Translations under genes and position numbers: made by a program
The notes under the pieces: generated by a model
The model's database searches: none
Told to the model about the DNA's origin: nothing
The model's input: the letters and a program-made list of their open reading frames with translations, nothing else
NCBI RefSeq assembly: GCF_001194135.2
Contig: NC_068989.1
Location: forward strand, 81,991,132-82,055,131
Reading direction: 5' to 3'
Origin: Octopus bimaculoides
Lineage: Eukaryota
DNA: 64,000 nucleotides
Shown: positions 52,756 to 64,000 of the stretch, piece after piece
Position numbering within the stretch: position 1 is the stretch's first letter
Layout: every line of letters begins with the position of its first letter

Positions 52756-52800
52756 GGCCAGAGTTCTTTCGTCACACTTCTGTGACCTCATCAGTGGTCC
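52756..52800 (-). ncRNA. Putative minimal type-I hammerhead ribozyme (Penelope-type)
   Basis: Minus strand reads GGACCA-CTGATGA-G-GTCACA-GAAG-TGTGAC-GAAA-G-AA-C-T-C-TGGCC. It has the conserved core boxes, a 6-bp stem II, a 2-bp stem III, a CUC triplet and a 5-bp stem I with one bulge. Folded by eye only. Confidence 0.45.
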
Positions 52801-52887
52801 TTTGTTTCCTTCTTTCTTATGTGTGTCTCACCTTGCTAACTATCAGCCATTTTGTATTTTGTATTCCTATTGTACATACATACATTC

Positions 52888-52920
<33 letters not shown>

Positions 52921-54124
52921 TGCATATATGAGTATAGGACGTCACCAACGATGCAAATAACATGAAATACGTAAACAACGAGAAAAATACTGGAAAACAG
53001 AACAAGTAAACACAGAGAAAGGACCCTTCATCAGTTGTTGGCTGTCTATCTACTCCTCATTTCGAGCAATATATACATGTAGCATTATTTATCCATGTAC
53101 ACATGGTGTTTTTTGTTTCTGGTTGCAATCAACCATCGGCGGTAGCAAGGTTGTTCTATGAAAACTGGTGCATGTTCCCTTCATCAAATTTTATACAATT
53201 CTTGATATTGCTTCTTGCTACCAGTCTTTTAGTCTTTATGGTCCCACAACAATACCACACTGTTTTTGGTTGTGGCCTTTCTCCAGTCACAGATCTGGTC
53301 AGTAAGATGTCACACAGGACTTCTCCAGTTGTTTTCTGTACTAAACGTTTCTAACTCCTCCTCTATTTCATCATATGCAACGGTTAATACTTGTCTGAAT
53401 CTATTGCTAGTTGTAGGCTCTTAAATTCTGTTTCCCTTCTCCAGATTGTCTTTTCTCTCTGCGGATTATCTAGCTCTGAGTCTGAAGTCATTAAGTTACT
53501 AATTTATATTGAATTATTCACTTTTCACCAGAGAAAGACTTAGTATCCCCCATCATCTGTCTATCTTTTTTCTTGGTGAGAGGTCTATTTGGTTTCACTG
53601 TTCACCTGATTGACAGGTGATCAGGTGACTAGCTGGTTTCTTGAAGCTGACATAGTAAAAGGCAAGGTCGTTTACATCATGGAACACTAGAACACTTTTC
53701 TCATTCTATGTATTGTAACCATAATTTCTATGTAAACTAAAGAATGTATTGGGAAACTGACCAACATGTCCATTTAAAATTGCTAGTCTCAATAACAAAA
53801 TTGTTGTCAGTTTTTCTAGACATGATCAACAAAAAAAAAAAAATAAAACTCATAAAAAATAGCCCTGTTTGTAAGTGAACCTGGATGAGGGTGTACAGAC
53901 AGTAGTATCTACTGTCAATATGTTTCCTCCAATTAGCTTAATCTTAATTACCAATCACATACTAGCCACTTCAAGTACCTTGTCTATTAATTTCCCTAAC
54001 AGTATATACACACACATACACACATTGTCAATACATCATTTAACAGCCACTTCCATGCTCACATATTGAATATACATCATTAGGGGGTGGGGTATGTATG
54101 TGTGCACATGTATATATATATATA

Positions 54125-54173
<49 letters not shown>

Positions 54174-55218
54174 GTGTGTGTATATATATATATATATGTG
54201 TGTGTGTATGTATATGTATATANNNNNNNNNNNNNNNNNNNNNNNNNNNNNNNNNNNNNNNNNNNNNNNNNNNNNNNNNNNNNNNNNNNNNNNNNNNNNN
54301 NNNNNNNNNNNNNNNNNNNNNNNNNNNNNNNNNNNNNNNNNNNNNNNNNNNNNNNNNNNNNNNNNNNNNNNNNNNNNNNNNNNNNNNNNNNNNNNNNNNN
54401 NNNNNNNNNNNNNNNNNNNNNNNNNNNNNNNNNNNNNNNNNNNNNNNNNNNNNNNNNNNNNNNNNNNNNNNNNNNNNNNNNNNNNNNNNNNNNNNNNNNN
54501 NNNNNNNNNNNNNNNNNNNNNNNNNNNNNNNNNNNNNNNNNNNNNNNNNNNNNNNNNNNNNNNNNNNNNNNNNNNNNNNNNNNNNNNNNNNNNNNNNNNN
54601 NNNNNNNNNNNNNNNNNNNNNNNNNNNNNNNNNNNNNNNNNNNNNNNNNNNNNNNNNNNNNNNNNNNNNNNNNNNNNNNNNNNNNNNNNNNNNNNNNNNN
54701 NNNNNNNNNNNNNNNNNNNNNNNNNNNNNNNNNNNNNNNNNNNNNNNNNNNNNNNNNNNNNNNNNNNNNNNNNNNNNNNNNNNNNNNNNNNNNNNNNNNN
54801 NNNNNNNNNNNNNNNNNNNNNNNNNNNNNNNNNNNNNNNNNNNNNNNNNNNNNNNNNNNNNNNNNNNNNNNNNNNNNNNNNNNNNNNNNNNNNNNNNNNN
54901 NNNNNNNNNNNNNNNNNNNNNNNNNNNNNNNNNNNNNNNNNNNNNNNNNNNNNNNNNNNNNNNNNNNNNNNNNNNNNNNNNNNNNNNNNNNNNNNNNNNN
55001 NNNNNNNNNNNNNNNNNNNNNNNNNNNNNNNNNNNNNNNNNNNNNNNNNNNNNNNNNNNNNNNNNNNNNNNNNNNNNNNNNNNNNNNNNNNNNNNNNNNN
55101 NNNNNNNNNNNNNNNNNNNNNNNNNNNNNNNNNNNNNNNNNNNNNNNNNNNNNNNNNNNNNNNNNNNNNNNNNNNNNNNNNNNNNNNNNNNNNNNNNNNN
55201 NNNNNNNNNNNNNNNNNN

Positions 55219-55250
<32 letters not shown>

Positions 55251-55348
55251 AGGCCTCTTTCAGTTTCTGTCTATCATATTCACTTAAGATATATTACTCA
55301 ACAGTTGAGGATAATTCAGAAGACAAGTGCTATATATATATCTGTGTG

Positions 55349-55387
<39 letters not shown>

Positions 55388-56790
55388 AATACATGCACAC
55401 ACACACACAACCTTATGAATCTTGTGAGACTGGAGATGTTTAGGAACAGAGTACTGTACCACTGTACCAACACAATTTACAATACAATGGAGATATTTAA
55501 TATGGACTACCCAATTAAAAAAATCATACCATTGCTCTAACCATCTCCAACAACAGGATCTATATCAAATTTCTGTTTGTAAATATGTAGGATGTTGTAT
55601 GTTACATGTGTTGGAAGGCATCTCTATTTGACGTTGAGTTTTCCAATATTGCCATGCACAACATCAACACCACTTGAAAATATTCTCCCAAGTTGAATAT
55701 TTTGTACCATTCAAAATTATGCAGATAAACAAAATTAACCATAAACGTCTTAAATTATAAACTATAACTTTAAGCATCTAAAAATTCCATAATTATTCTA
55801 ACTCTAGAATAACCTAATTAAGGACATTTTAAGCCTCTAACAGTTTGATTGTATTTTCTAATAAGAGAAACAACTTACATAAAATATCAAATAATAAATA
55901 TAACCATTTAGGTGAAAATTAGTATGAAAACCTATGAAGGATTTCCCTAAAAAGGAAGAAGCTAAGGCCATCACAGAAAGTATGAACAGAGACAAGAGTT
56001 GAATCTCTAATTGAAAACAAAGCATTCATATCATTGAACTATCAAAAGGTCAGTTTCATGAATAGGCCAAGTTGTAGGTTAATAAACCTTGTTCGGACTG
56101 AGTTGAGATTAGCAAGTAACAAAATATTAATATTAAAATTAAGAAGATTTTGCCAAGGTTGATTTTGCTATTCATCCTTTTAGGGGTCGGTAAAAGAAGT
56201 ACCAGATGAACCCTAGGGTCAATGTAATCAACTTACTCACTCCCTCGAAATTGCTGGCCTTGCGCTGAAATTTGAAACCAATATCAAAATTAAGAATGCA
56301 AACCTATGGTAATGGAACAATGGCAACACAGTTACATCCTGGTTGGGAAGTATCATAAATAAACCTAGCTTTAAGTTTCCCCAAATTTGTAAAAGAAATA
56401 TGAATGCAAAGTTAATGTATCTGTTGAACTGCTATAAACTGTATTAAAGCTAATATTTCATTTGTTATACAATATCTGATGATTTGATGATGTAATTTAT
56501 TGTAAGGTAAAACTTTGCACGACAGACCAATTCACTAATGAGACAAATATAAGAATGTATTAAATAAATCTTAGAATTTATCTCCACACTTTCTCTCTCC
56601 CTCTTTTATATATACATACATATATATGTGTGTGTGTGTGNNNNNNNNNNNNNNNNNNNNNNNNNNNNNNNNNNNNNNNNNNNNNNNNNNNNNNNNNNNN
56701 NNNNNNNNNNNNNNNNNNNNNNNNNNNNNNNNNNNNNNNNNNNNNNNNNNNNNNNNNNNNNNNNNNNNNNNNNNNNNNNNNNNNNNNNNN

Positions 56791-56834
<44 letters not shown>

Positions 56835-57089
56835 AGAGAAACTGTGAAGTTTTGGCCTGCTTAGTCTCTATCAGAAAGTCCAATGAAGTGTAAACAGTCT
56901 GAATCTGCAAAGTTACTGTGAAACTATTCCTGTTAAAGAATAATGAACATGTACTCTAGCGAAAGTATTGAGTAATACTTCAGTTTAACATAAAAGTGAA
57001 GATTAATATGTGTGTGTGTGTGTGTGGATAGATATCCTTAGTAAACTAGATTTTTAAAAAATACCGGTCTTCAAGCTCCAGACAGGTGA

Positions 57090-57310
57090 GATTAATGTAG
57101 TTTATAAGTAGAGCTGGCAAGAGAAGTTTGCAGGACATGATGATGAAGCGATGGATAAGGATTACTAGCCATGTGCGTTGAGTACAACAGGAGAGACATG
57201 GTACCACTGTGATGGAGTGGACACCAGAAAGAAGAAAAGGACCAAGAGAAAGACCAAGGAAGACATGGTGCAGTATGTTCTGGGATGACATGATAGCAAT
57301 GAGAGTTGGC
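57090..57310 (+). mobile_element. RTE-like LINE ORF2 C-terminal fragment
   Basis: KRWIRITSHVR*...VMEWTPERRKGPRERPRKTW resembles the RW.GHV.R...W.P..KR.RGRP..TW motif. Confidence 0.7.
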
Positions 57311-57430
57311 CTCACAAAAAACCTTTAGTGAACTAGACCTCACTGCCTCACAACAAACCTTTAGTGAAGGAGAGCTCACTGCTTCACAACAAACCTTTCG
57401 TCAAGGAGAGCTCACTGCCTCACAACAAAC
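57310..57430. repeat. 36-bp tandem repeat x about 3.3 (CCTCACAACAAACCTTTAGTGAAGGAGAGCTCACTG)
   Basis: Direct inspection. It abuts the RTE fragment. Confidence 0.85.
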
Positions 57431-58420
57431 GTATAAGCAAGCAGAGATATATTGTCTTATGACAATAAGGTGAACAACTAAAATGTTTAGAGAAGGCTTG
57501 TTGCCTCTTGTGTTAACAACACTGTAGAATCTTAGAGCTAAGATATCTATCTATCTATCTATCTATACCCCCCTTTTTTTCTTTCCTACAATCCCTTTTG
57601 CTCCCCCCTTTTTCTTTCTCTCCTTCCCCCTCCCAAAAAGAAAAGCTCTACATTGTATTTGTCCCCTGTGTAAAGCCCTGTGTGGCTAATAAAAGAAATG
57701 TATCTATCTATCTATCTATCTATCTATATATACAAGAATAAGGGCAGGGAATCGTCAATTAATAATAGAATTAATAATTAACAATTTTGCCAAGTAGTTC
57801 AGTATGAAAAAACCTTTATCGGTAAAACCATTTATCATCATAAATATACAGGGATTAGCATTGAGTTGCTTCTCCAACATACTGAAAATTTAGAANNNNN
57901 NNNNNNNNNNNNNNNNNNNNNNNNNNNNNNNNNNNNNNNNNNNNNNNNNNNNNNNNNNNNNNNNNNNNNNNNNNNNNNNNNNNNNNNNNNNNNNNNNNNN
58001 NNNNNNNNNNNNNNNNNNNNNNNNNNNNNNNNNNNNNNNNNNNNNNNNNNNNNNNNNNNNNNNNNNNNNNNNNNNNNNNNNNNNNNNNNNNNNNNNNNNN
58101 NNNNNNNNNNNNNNNNNNNNNNNNNNNNNNNNNNNNNNNNNNNNNNNNNNNNNNNNNNNNNNNNNNNNNNNNNNNNNNNNNNNNNNNNNNNNNNNNNNNN
58201 NNNNNNNNNNNNNNNNNNNNNNNNNNNNNNNNNNNNNNNNNNNNNNNNNNNNNNNNNNNNNNNNNNNNNNNNNNNNNNNNNNNNNNNNNNNNNNNNNNNN
58301 NNNNNNNNNNNNNNNNNNNNNNNNNNNNNNNNNNNNNNNNNNNNNNNNNNNNNNNNNNNNNNNNNNNNNNNNNNNNNNNNNNNNNNNNNNNNNNNNNNNN
58401 NNNNNNNNNNNNNNNNNNNN

Positions 58421-58457
<37 letters not shown>

Positions 58458-59600
58458 TGTGTGCATATATAGTTAAAGGATATTTTTACAGGCATACAAA
58501 CTAAACAAGTGATGAAAGGACTCATGTTAAATGTAAAATAATTTTAACAATTTTATTGACAGTGACTTGGAAGTTTTGCTGGTAGTCAGCCTCACCACCC
58601 TGGTGAAACTTAGAAATCACTGTCAATAAAATGTGTACGTGTGTATGTGTGTGTGCGTGCACGTGCATGTAGTATATGAGTATGTGGATAGTATGTATGT
58701 GTGTGTGTTCTAGCAGTAATGTATGTATGTGTGTGAGTGTTATAATTTCTGACTGTTTAGTCTGTGTAAACAATTTTAAAACAATGTATATTGAAGATAG
58801 CTGATTACTCACTTTTACATAATGTAAAGTGGTAGTGGTGGTGGTGATGGGCTGTGAAGAAGGCAGCAATGGTGGCAGAGGTGGTAGTGGTGATGGGTAG
58901 AGAAGGTGGTGGTGGTGATTTGTCTCTGTGTGTGTGTGTGTGCATGTGTGTTTGATGTAATATGAAAATAATGATGACGATGAAAGTGTGGTGGTGGTGG
59001 TACGTAATGGATGTTGTGTGGTGGTAGTGATGGCAGAGGTGTGTAATGGTAGTTGTCATTGTTGTGGTGGTTGTGGTGGTGGTAGTGACATTACTAAATT
59101 AAAACATTTAACACTCATCTCAAACTGTTTCTGGAAAAAAAAATTTTAAATGTTCAATATTTTAATTAATCCTGGTTTCTTACTTCGCTAGGTGGCTCTG
59201 ACCGCTTTTTCAAAGTCTCATTTCATTCCAATGGATCACTGTTGTTTTCCATGCCTTTATATAATTAATTTTTGTAATGTGTGCCTGTAATGTCACCTCA
59301 TTAGTGGCCTTTGTGGCAAATAAATGAAATTAATATTATTATGCTGGTAAAATCTGGAGATTCTACCAATCTATGACAATAATAACAATGGTTTCAAATT
59401 TTGCACAAAGAAATTTCAGGGGAGGGGTTAAGTTGATTACATTGACCCCAGCCCAGAATTCAACTGGTACTTATTTTATCAATGCTGAAAGGCAAAGTTG
59501 ACCTCAGCAGAATTTGAACTCAGAATGTAAAGACAGATGAAATGCCACTAAGCATTTTACCTGGTGTGCTCAGGATTCTGCCAGCTTGCTACCTTGACAC

Positions 59601-59633
<33 letters not shown>

Positions 59634-60232
59634 TGATGATGATAATAATAATAATAATAATAATGAAAATAATAATAAGAGTGCTCAGAGAGCGCAAACC
59701 TCTGCCAAGGCAACATCAACGTCCTCTCAACGATTAGCCAGAGATGATTTTTAAAATGAGAATGTCTAAAATAAACTTGACTGCTCTCACAAATGAGAAT
59801 AGTAAAAAGGAACCNNNNNNNNNNNNNNNNNNNNNNNNNNNNNNNNNNNNNNNNNNNNNNNNNNNNNNNNNNNNNNNNNNNNNNNNNNNNNNNNNNNNNN
59901 NNNNNNNNNNNNNNNNNNNNNNNNNNNNNNNNNNNNNNNNNNNNNNNNNNNNNNNNNNNNNNNNNNNNNNNNNNNNNNNNNNNNNNNNNNNNNNNNNNNN
60001 NNNNNNNNNNNNNNNNNNNNNNNNNNNNNNNNNNNNNNNNNNNNNNNNNNNNNNNNNNNNNNNNNNNNNNNNNNNNNNNNNNNNNNNNNNNNNNNNNNNN
60101 NNNNNNNNNNNNNNNNNNNNNNNNNNNNNNNNNNNNCCCCGGTCATGTTCACAAGAAGACCTCTAGATATTTAGTTTGTAGTTGACAGCTTCTGCAGTCA
60201 TGCTCCACTTTCACTGGCCCACCACTGCTCAC

Positions 60233-60294
60233 CTGTTTAAGTATCTTCATGTCTGGACGGTCAAAGGATCAGTAGTAGCTAGAATATCCTTTCT
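60233..60294 (-). CDS. Candidate start-codon exon of the same gene (5'UTR plus MKILKQ, CDS 60250-60233)
   Basis: atttatgcgtctccag|AGAAAGG...CAGACATGAAGATACTTAAACAG|gtgagc. Both splice sites are good and there is an ATG with a phase-0 exit. No homology support. Confidence 0.4.
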
Positions 60295-61210
60295 CTGGAG
60301 ACGCATAAATATATAAATGCACGTATAGATGCATCTACAGCTCACACACATATATACACACACACATACACTTAAAAACACACATGATTCTACACAAGTC
60401 ACTCTAGACACAGATACACAAGACAGAAACTCTATTTCTCTCCAATTTGCCCAAATTATGTAATGTAACTTGCTGCGTAGGGTGGGGACATTGTGGTAGG
60501 ATGAGTTGAGGTGGAGTGGGGAATATGGGGGTGGGATGAAGGACGGTGAGGTGAGGTGTGAGTTAATCCCAAGTTTGAGATAATAACTAATTAAAGTAGA
60601 TAAATAAACAGAGGGTGAGGAAGGGGGAGGAGGATTACCTAAAATAGACAAATGTTATTTTAGGAAGTTGATGGGGTTGTTAGCGAAAATAACAAAAAAA
60701 GGAAAAGGGTGAAGGGGAGAGGAGAAAGAGAGACAGAGGGGGAGAGAGAAGGGGAAAAGAGAGAAAGACCAAAATTAAATGTCTAGAAATAAGTAGGTTC
60801 GTTGTCCTGCTGTTGTGAGCTCAAGCGCTGCTAGGGACAACATTAATGTCCCCTCAACTGAAATTTTAAGCTAAATAGTTATAGAAGTATATATAGAAAA
60901 AGAAGAGGAGGAGGATAGTTGATTCAGTCACCCCCCTCCCCCCAGTATATGACAAGTGTATCCATTAACTAGTCTTAGGGGTATGGGAAATAAAAGTTTA
61001 CCCCAACAGGATTTGAACTGATAAAGTGAAGGGACATGTAATAAAAACTACAATACCTATTGTCCAGTTCGTTACCGTTACGTCCTAGATCAATGATAAT
61101 TTGGTTGTGCAGACAAATACATCCATTCTTCTAAAATGACTGGCCACTCTACAGCGTTCAACTATGAGTTTAAGCACCCCAGCATATCCAGTAATTGAGT
61201 TTCTCTACTC

Positions 61211-61462
61211 CAGTGGTTCTCAATCAGAGTCCGTATGCCTCATGGGGGTCCCTATGGGATTTTGTTGTTAAAAATTATCTACAATAAGTTGCTTATACTT
61301 CTACAATACACAAAATATATTAAATTTTCTTATACAATTCCTAATAATATTTAATTGTAAAAAATATGTGATTTCTTGAAACATAGAATGGCTAAGGGGA
61401 TCCAGTAGATTAAAATAGGAATAAAAGGGGAACCATAAGTAAAAATTGGTTGAGAACCACAG
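61211..61462. mobile_element. hAT (Charlie/MER5-type) MITE
   Basis: TIR CAGTGGTTCTCAA ... TTGAGAACCACAG (12/13). The 8-bp flanks ctctactc and gtctacct are a degenerate TSD. Confidence 0.75.
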
Positions 61463-62015
61463 GTCTACCTCCAGAGTGTCCAATGGTGGTGATGCAATGT
61501 ATGGTATCTGTGAGAGTGGACGTGGGTATGTGAGGATTGTAGAGGTGTGTGTTGAATGACCATAATAATTACCTCACAATGAAGGACGTACAAACTGTAA
61601 GCAAGGGCTGAACACTTTGTTTACTTCAGTGTTCACTGTTGTTTAACCCAAGGTCAGCTCTGTTTGAACAGACCAATAATTAAAAGGTATCCCAGTTATT
61701 ATCAGGCTTACTTTCTTTTTTTTCAAAACACAGTCTATCTGGAACTACATTAACCAATGTGTTGTTCCTATTTCAAGACAGCAGATATGATATGAGGGAG
61801 ATGTTCTAGCAGGTTGAACCACAAGCCAAAACTTGTCTAATAGTTAGGTGAGCAAATACACACTAACACTCAGCCATATACACACATAAATGTGGCTATA
61901 GACACATGTAGCCATATATGTGGCTATATGTGACAGTACACAAATGTGGCTATACATACAAAAGTATAACTTAGATACAGTTATATAAGTTCTCTGTATA
62001 ACCACATATTGCACA

Positions 62016-62091
62016 CAGTGAGGGATACCTCTCCTTATATCCAGTGAAGGATACCTCTCCTTATATCCAGTGAAGGATACCTCTCCTTATA
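62016..62091. repeat. 26-bp tandem repeat x3 (CAGTGAAGGATACCTCTCCTTATATC)
   Basis: Units start at 62016, 62042 and 62068. Confidence 0.9.
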
Positions 62092-62762
62092 GCCATGACC
62101 AGCACTAAGTAATAAAGGCAAAAGATGGAAAAGTGAAGAATGCCATCAGAAACTACTTTACTATCCATACTAGATATAACAGCTAATGCCCCTCAAGTCA
62201 CTTCCTACTATGTATTAGTTGGACTGGTGTCTTCATCTTGGTTGTTGCTTTTCACTATGTTTCGGCTGTGTATGCTAAAGCCTTCTTCAGGTGTTTTGCC
62301 TGAGATTGAACTCAGAACCTCTAAGTGACTGCACTGCATTAACCAATACCTTTATCCATTACACTATGCCTGCAGGCAGTGTCAGAGTGACTGTTTAAGG
62401 CTTATAAACTCAGCACCGATTAGATAATATAATTCTATATTTTTGAGACAAGGAATTTTATATGTAGTGTTAACGTAGTAAAAGCAACTATCAAGATGAG
62501 GACAACACTTCAGTTAATACAGAATGTGAAAATTCCTCATCTCCGAAATATAGAATTGGATCATTTCCTATTGTTTTAGAAAAGAGGACAGTTTGGATAA
62601 TATAGCCTGAGACATGCTGTTAAGAAGGGATGGTCATGGTCAAAACATCTTTGATCAGCAGTTTGCACAATCAGGATATATCTGGAACTAAACAACATCT
62701 ATTACAACATGCCACCGTCTATACCAGCTGCCTTCTTTATGGAGATTTGTGACAGATATTAA

Positions 62763-62989
62763 CCATTTAGCATTCAAACCAGTCATGTTTGGCTGAAATA
62801 TTTTACATGCCTCATGTTCAAACTGGCCAGATCAGGTTTCTCACATCAACCCTACCATACCATTCTAAAAATTAACAGTTGCCTTATCAAATTCTTGAAG
62901 CTACAAGAGAATGCACGACAAATTCTAAATAATATAAATAAAAAAGCATTACTTTTGACAGAATAATGTGAATATTAAATGCCAAAGGG
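62763..62989. mobile_element. piggyBac-like MITE
   Basis: TTAA|CCATTTAGCATT ... AATGCCAAAGGG|TTAA, with an intact TTAA on both sides. Confidence 0.75.
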
Positions 62990-63336
62990 TTAAAGAAGAT
63001 AAAGCTATTTAATAAATTAAACATTAATGTGCCTAATTAGTGGAGAGAGAGCAGTAGGATGGGTGCAAAAATGTTTTAATTAATACATTGTAAAATACAA
63101 TGGATTAATTATGTGTTAATTAATTATGAATAAGGAATAAAATAAAGCGAAATCTCTTTATCAAAGACTTAATATTTCATATACAGCCTTTATGTTGCTT
63201 CAGTCATCAGACCTGTGGCCATGCTGGGGCACTACCTTGAAAAGTTTAGCTGAACAAACAGACCCCACTATTAACATAAAACTAGACGACAAGTTTCCAA
63301 GTAGTAGTAGTAATAGCAACAGTAGTAGTAGTAGTA

Positions 63337-63367
<31 letters not shown>

Positions 63368-63827
63368 AAGGTATGGCTTAGTGGTTAGGGTGGTGACCTC
63401 ATGATCATAAGGTTACACCAGTTACATCATTGATATTCCCACTGGATCAAGGGTGGTGACTACCCAGAGGGCGTCCAAGTCTACTTGCAACCATACAAGA
63501 ATCTGAAACACTTAACCAATGCATAGTTATATGCTGCAAAGTCATCCTCAACTCCAAGTGATAGCCATAGGTATTTTTTTTCAACACACACAGGCATACA
63601 TATACACACGTGTGTGTGGGTGTTTGTGTGTGAGTGAAAGAAAGAAAGAGAGAGAGAAGTTTTCGTTCTGGCCACAGAGGGCAAAACCTGTGGTTCAACT
63701 GCAGTGTCTACTTTTCACAGTGAAGCTAAAAGTAGATGTTTACTAAAAGCATACAAACGTAAGTTTGCCTTCCATCATACTCTCTCCTTTCTTCCTCCAC
63801 CTCCACCCTCTCTCTCATATATATATA

Positions 63828-64000
63828 TTCTCTCTTTTACTCTTTACTCTTTTACTTGTTTCAGTCATTTGACTGTGGCCATGCTGGAGCACCACCTTTA
63901 GTCGAGAAAATCGACCCCCCAGGACTTCTTTGTAAGCCTAGTACTTATTCTATCGGTCACTTTTTGTTGAACCACTAAGTTTTGGGGATGTAAACACACC
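63828..64000 (-). mobile_element. SINE family A, 3' part cut by the window edge
   Basis: CTCTTTTACTTGTTTCAGTCATTTGACTGTGGCCATGCTGGAGCACC. Confidence 0.85.

Larger units (their letters stand above)
6025..60136. other. 13 assembly gaps (N runs), about 5.9 kb in total, most bordered by (TA)n or (TG)n
   Basis: N runs at about 6025, 9572, 10479, 12197, 43836, 44965, 46928, 51172, 52607, 54223, 56641, 57896 and 59815. Confidence 0.95.

Noticed and set aside
53015-53068. CGAAA ... CTGATGAAGG on the minus strand
   Set aside because: The boxes are in the wrong order for type I, and I could not build the helices for type II or III.
53100-53510. Unique acidic, coding-like stretch on the minus strand
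   Set aside because: There are stops in all frames and no recognisable domain. It may be an old transposon but cannot be supported.
58805-59260. Isolated strong donors at about 58813 and 59184
   Set aside because: No matching acceptor or sensible open frame.
57310-62091. 36-bp and 26-bp hairpin-bearing repeats as CRISPR-like arrays
   Set aside because: The units are contiguous with no unique spacers, there are no cas genes, and the context is eukaryotic.
225-63901. Most of the supplied ORFs (poly-X, HTHT, YIYI, CVCV, poly-H, poly-I, poly-V)
   Set aside because: They are read-through of N gaps, di- and trinucleotide microsatellites, or recurring SINE text.

Overview
AT-rich, repeat-dense animal genomic DNA. 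The SINE families suggest an octopus-like cephalopod, which is an inference. The draft assembly has 13 N-gaps totalling about 5.9 kb. The window holds the 5' part of one large minus-strand gene, an ARHGAP21/23-family RhoGAP. Four exons join in frame through canonical splice sites: 36027-35991, 16941-16755, 16048-15994 and 15363-13650. They encode the C-terminal two-thirds of the PDZ domain and a 571-aa Ser/Thr/Pro-rich linker. I could not find the exon for the start of the PDZ domain. The PH and RhoGAP exons are not visible and should lie beyond position 1. The rest is intronic: at least four SINE-type families, CR1 and RTE LINE fragments, piggyBac-, Tc2- and hAT-like MITEs, and mini- and microsatellites. 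Most ORFs in the supplied track are microsatellite or N-gap artefacts. The best leads are a minimal type-I hammerhead-ribozyme fold on the gene's sense strand (52800-52756) with a second hammerhead core about 1 kb away, a frame-compatible set of candidate microexons for the PDZ loop, and a tight cluster of inverted SINEs that could be an ADAR substrate. I found no prokaryotic-type system such as a CRISPR array or operon.
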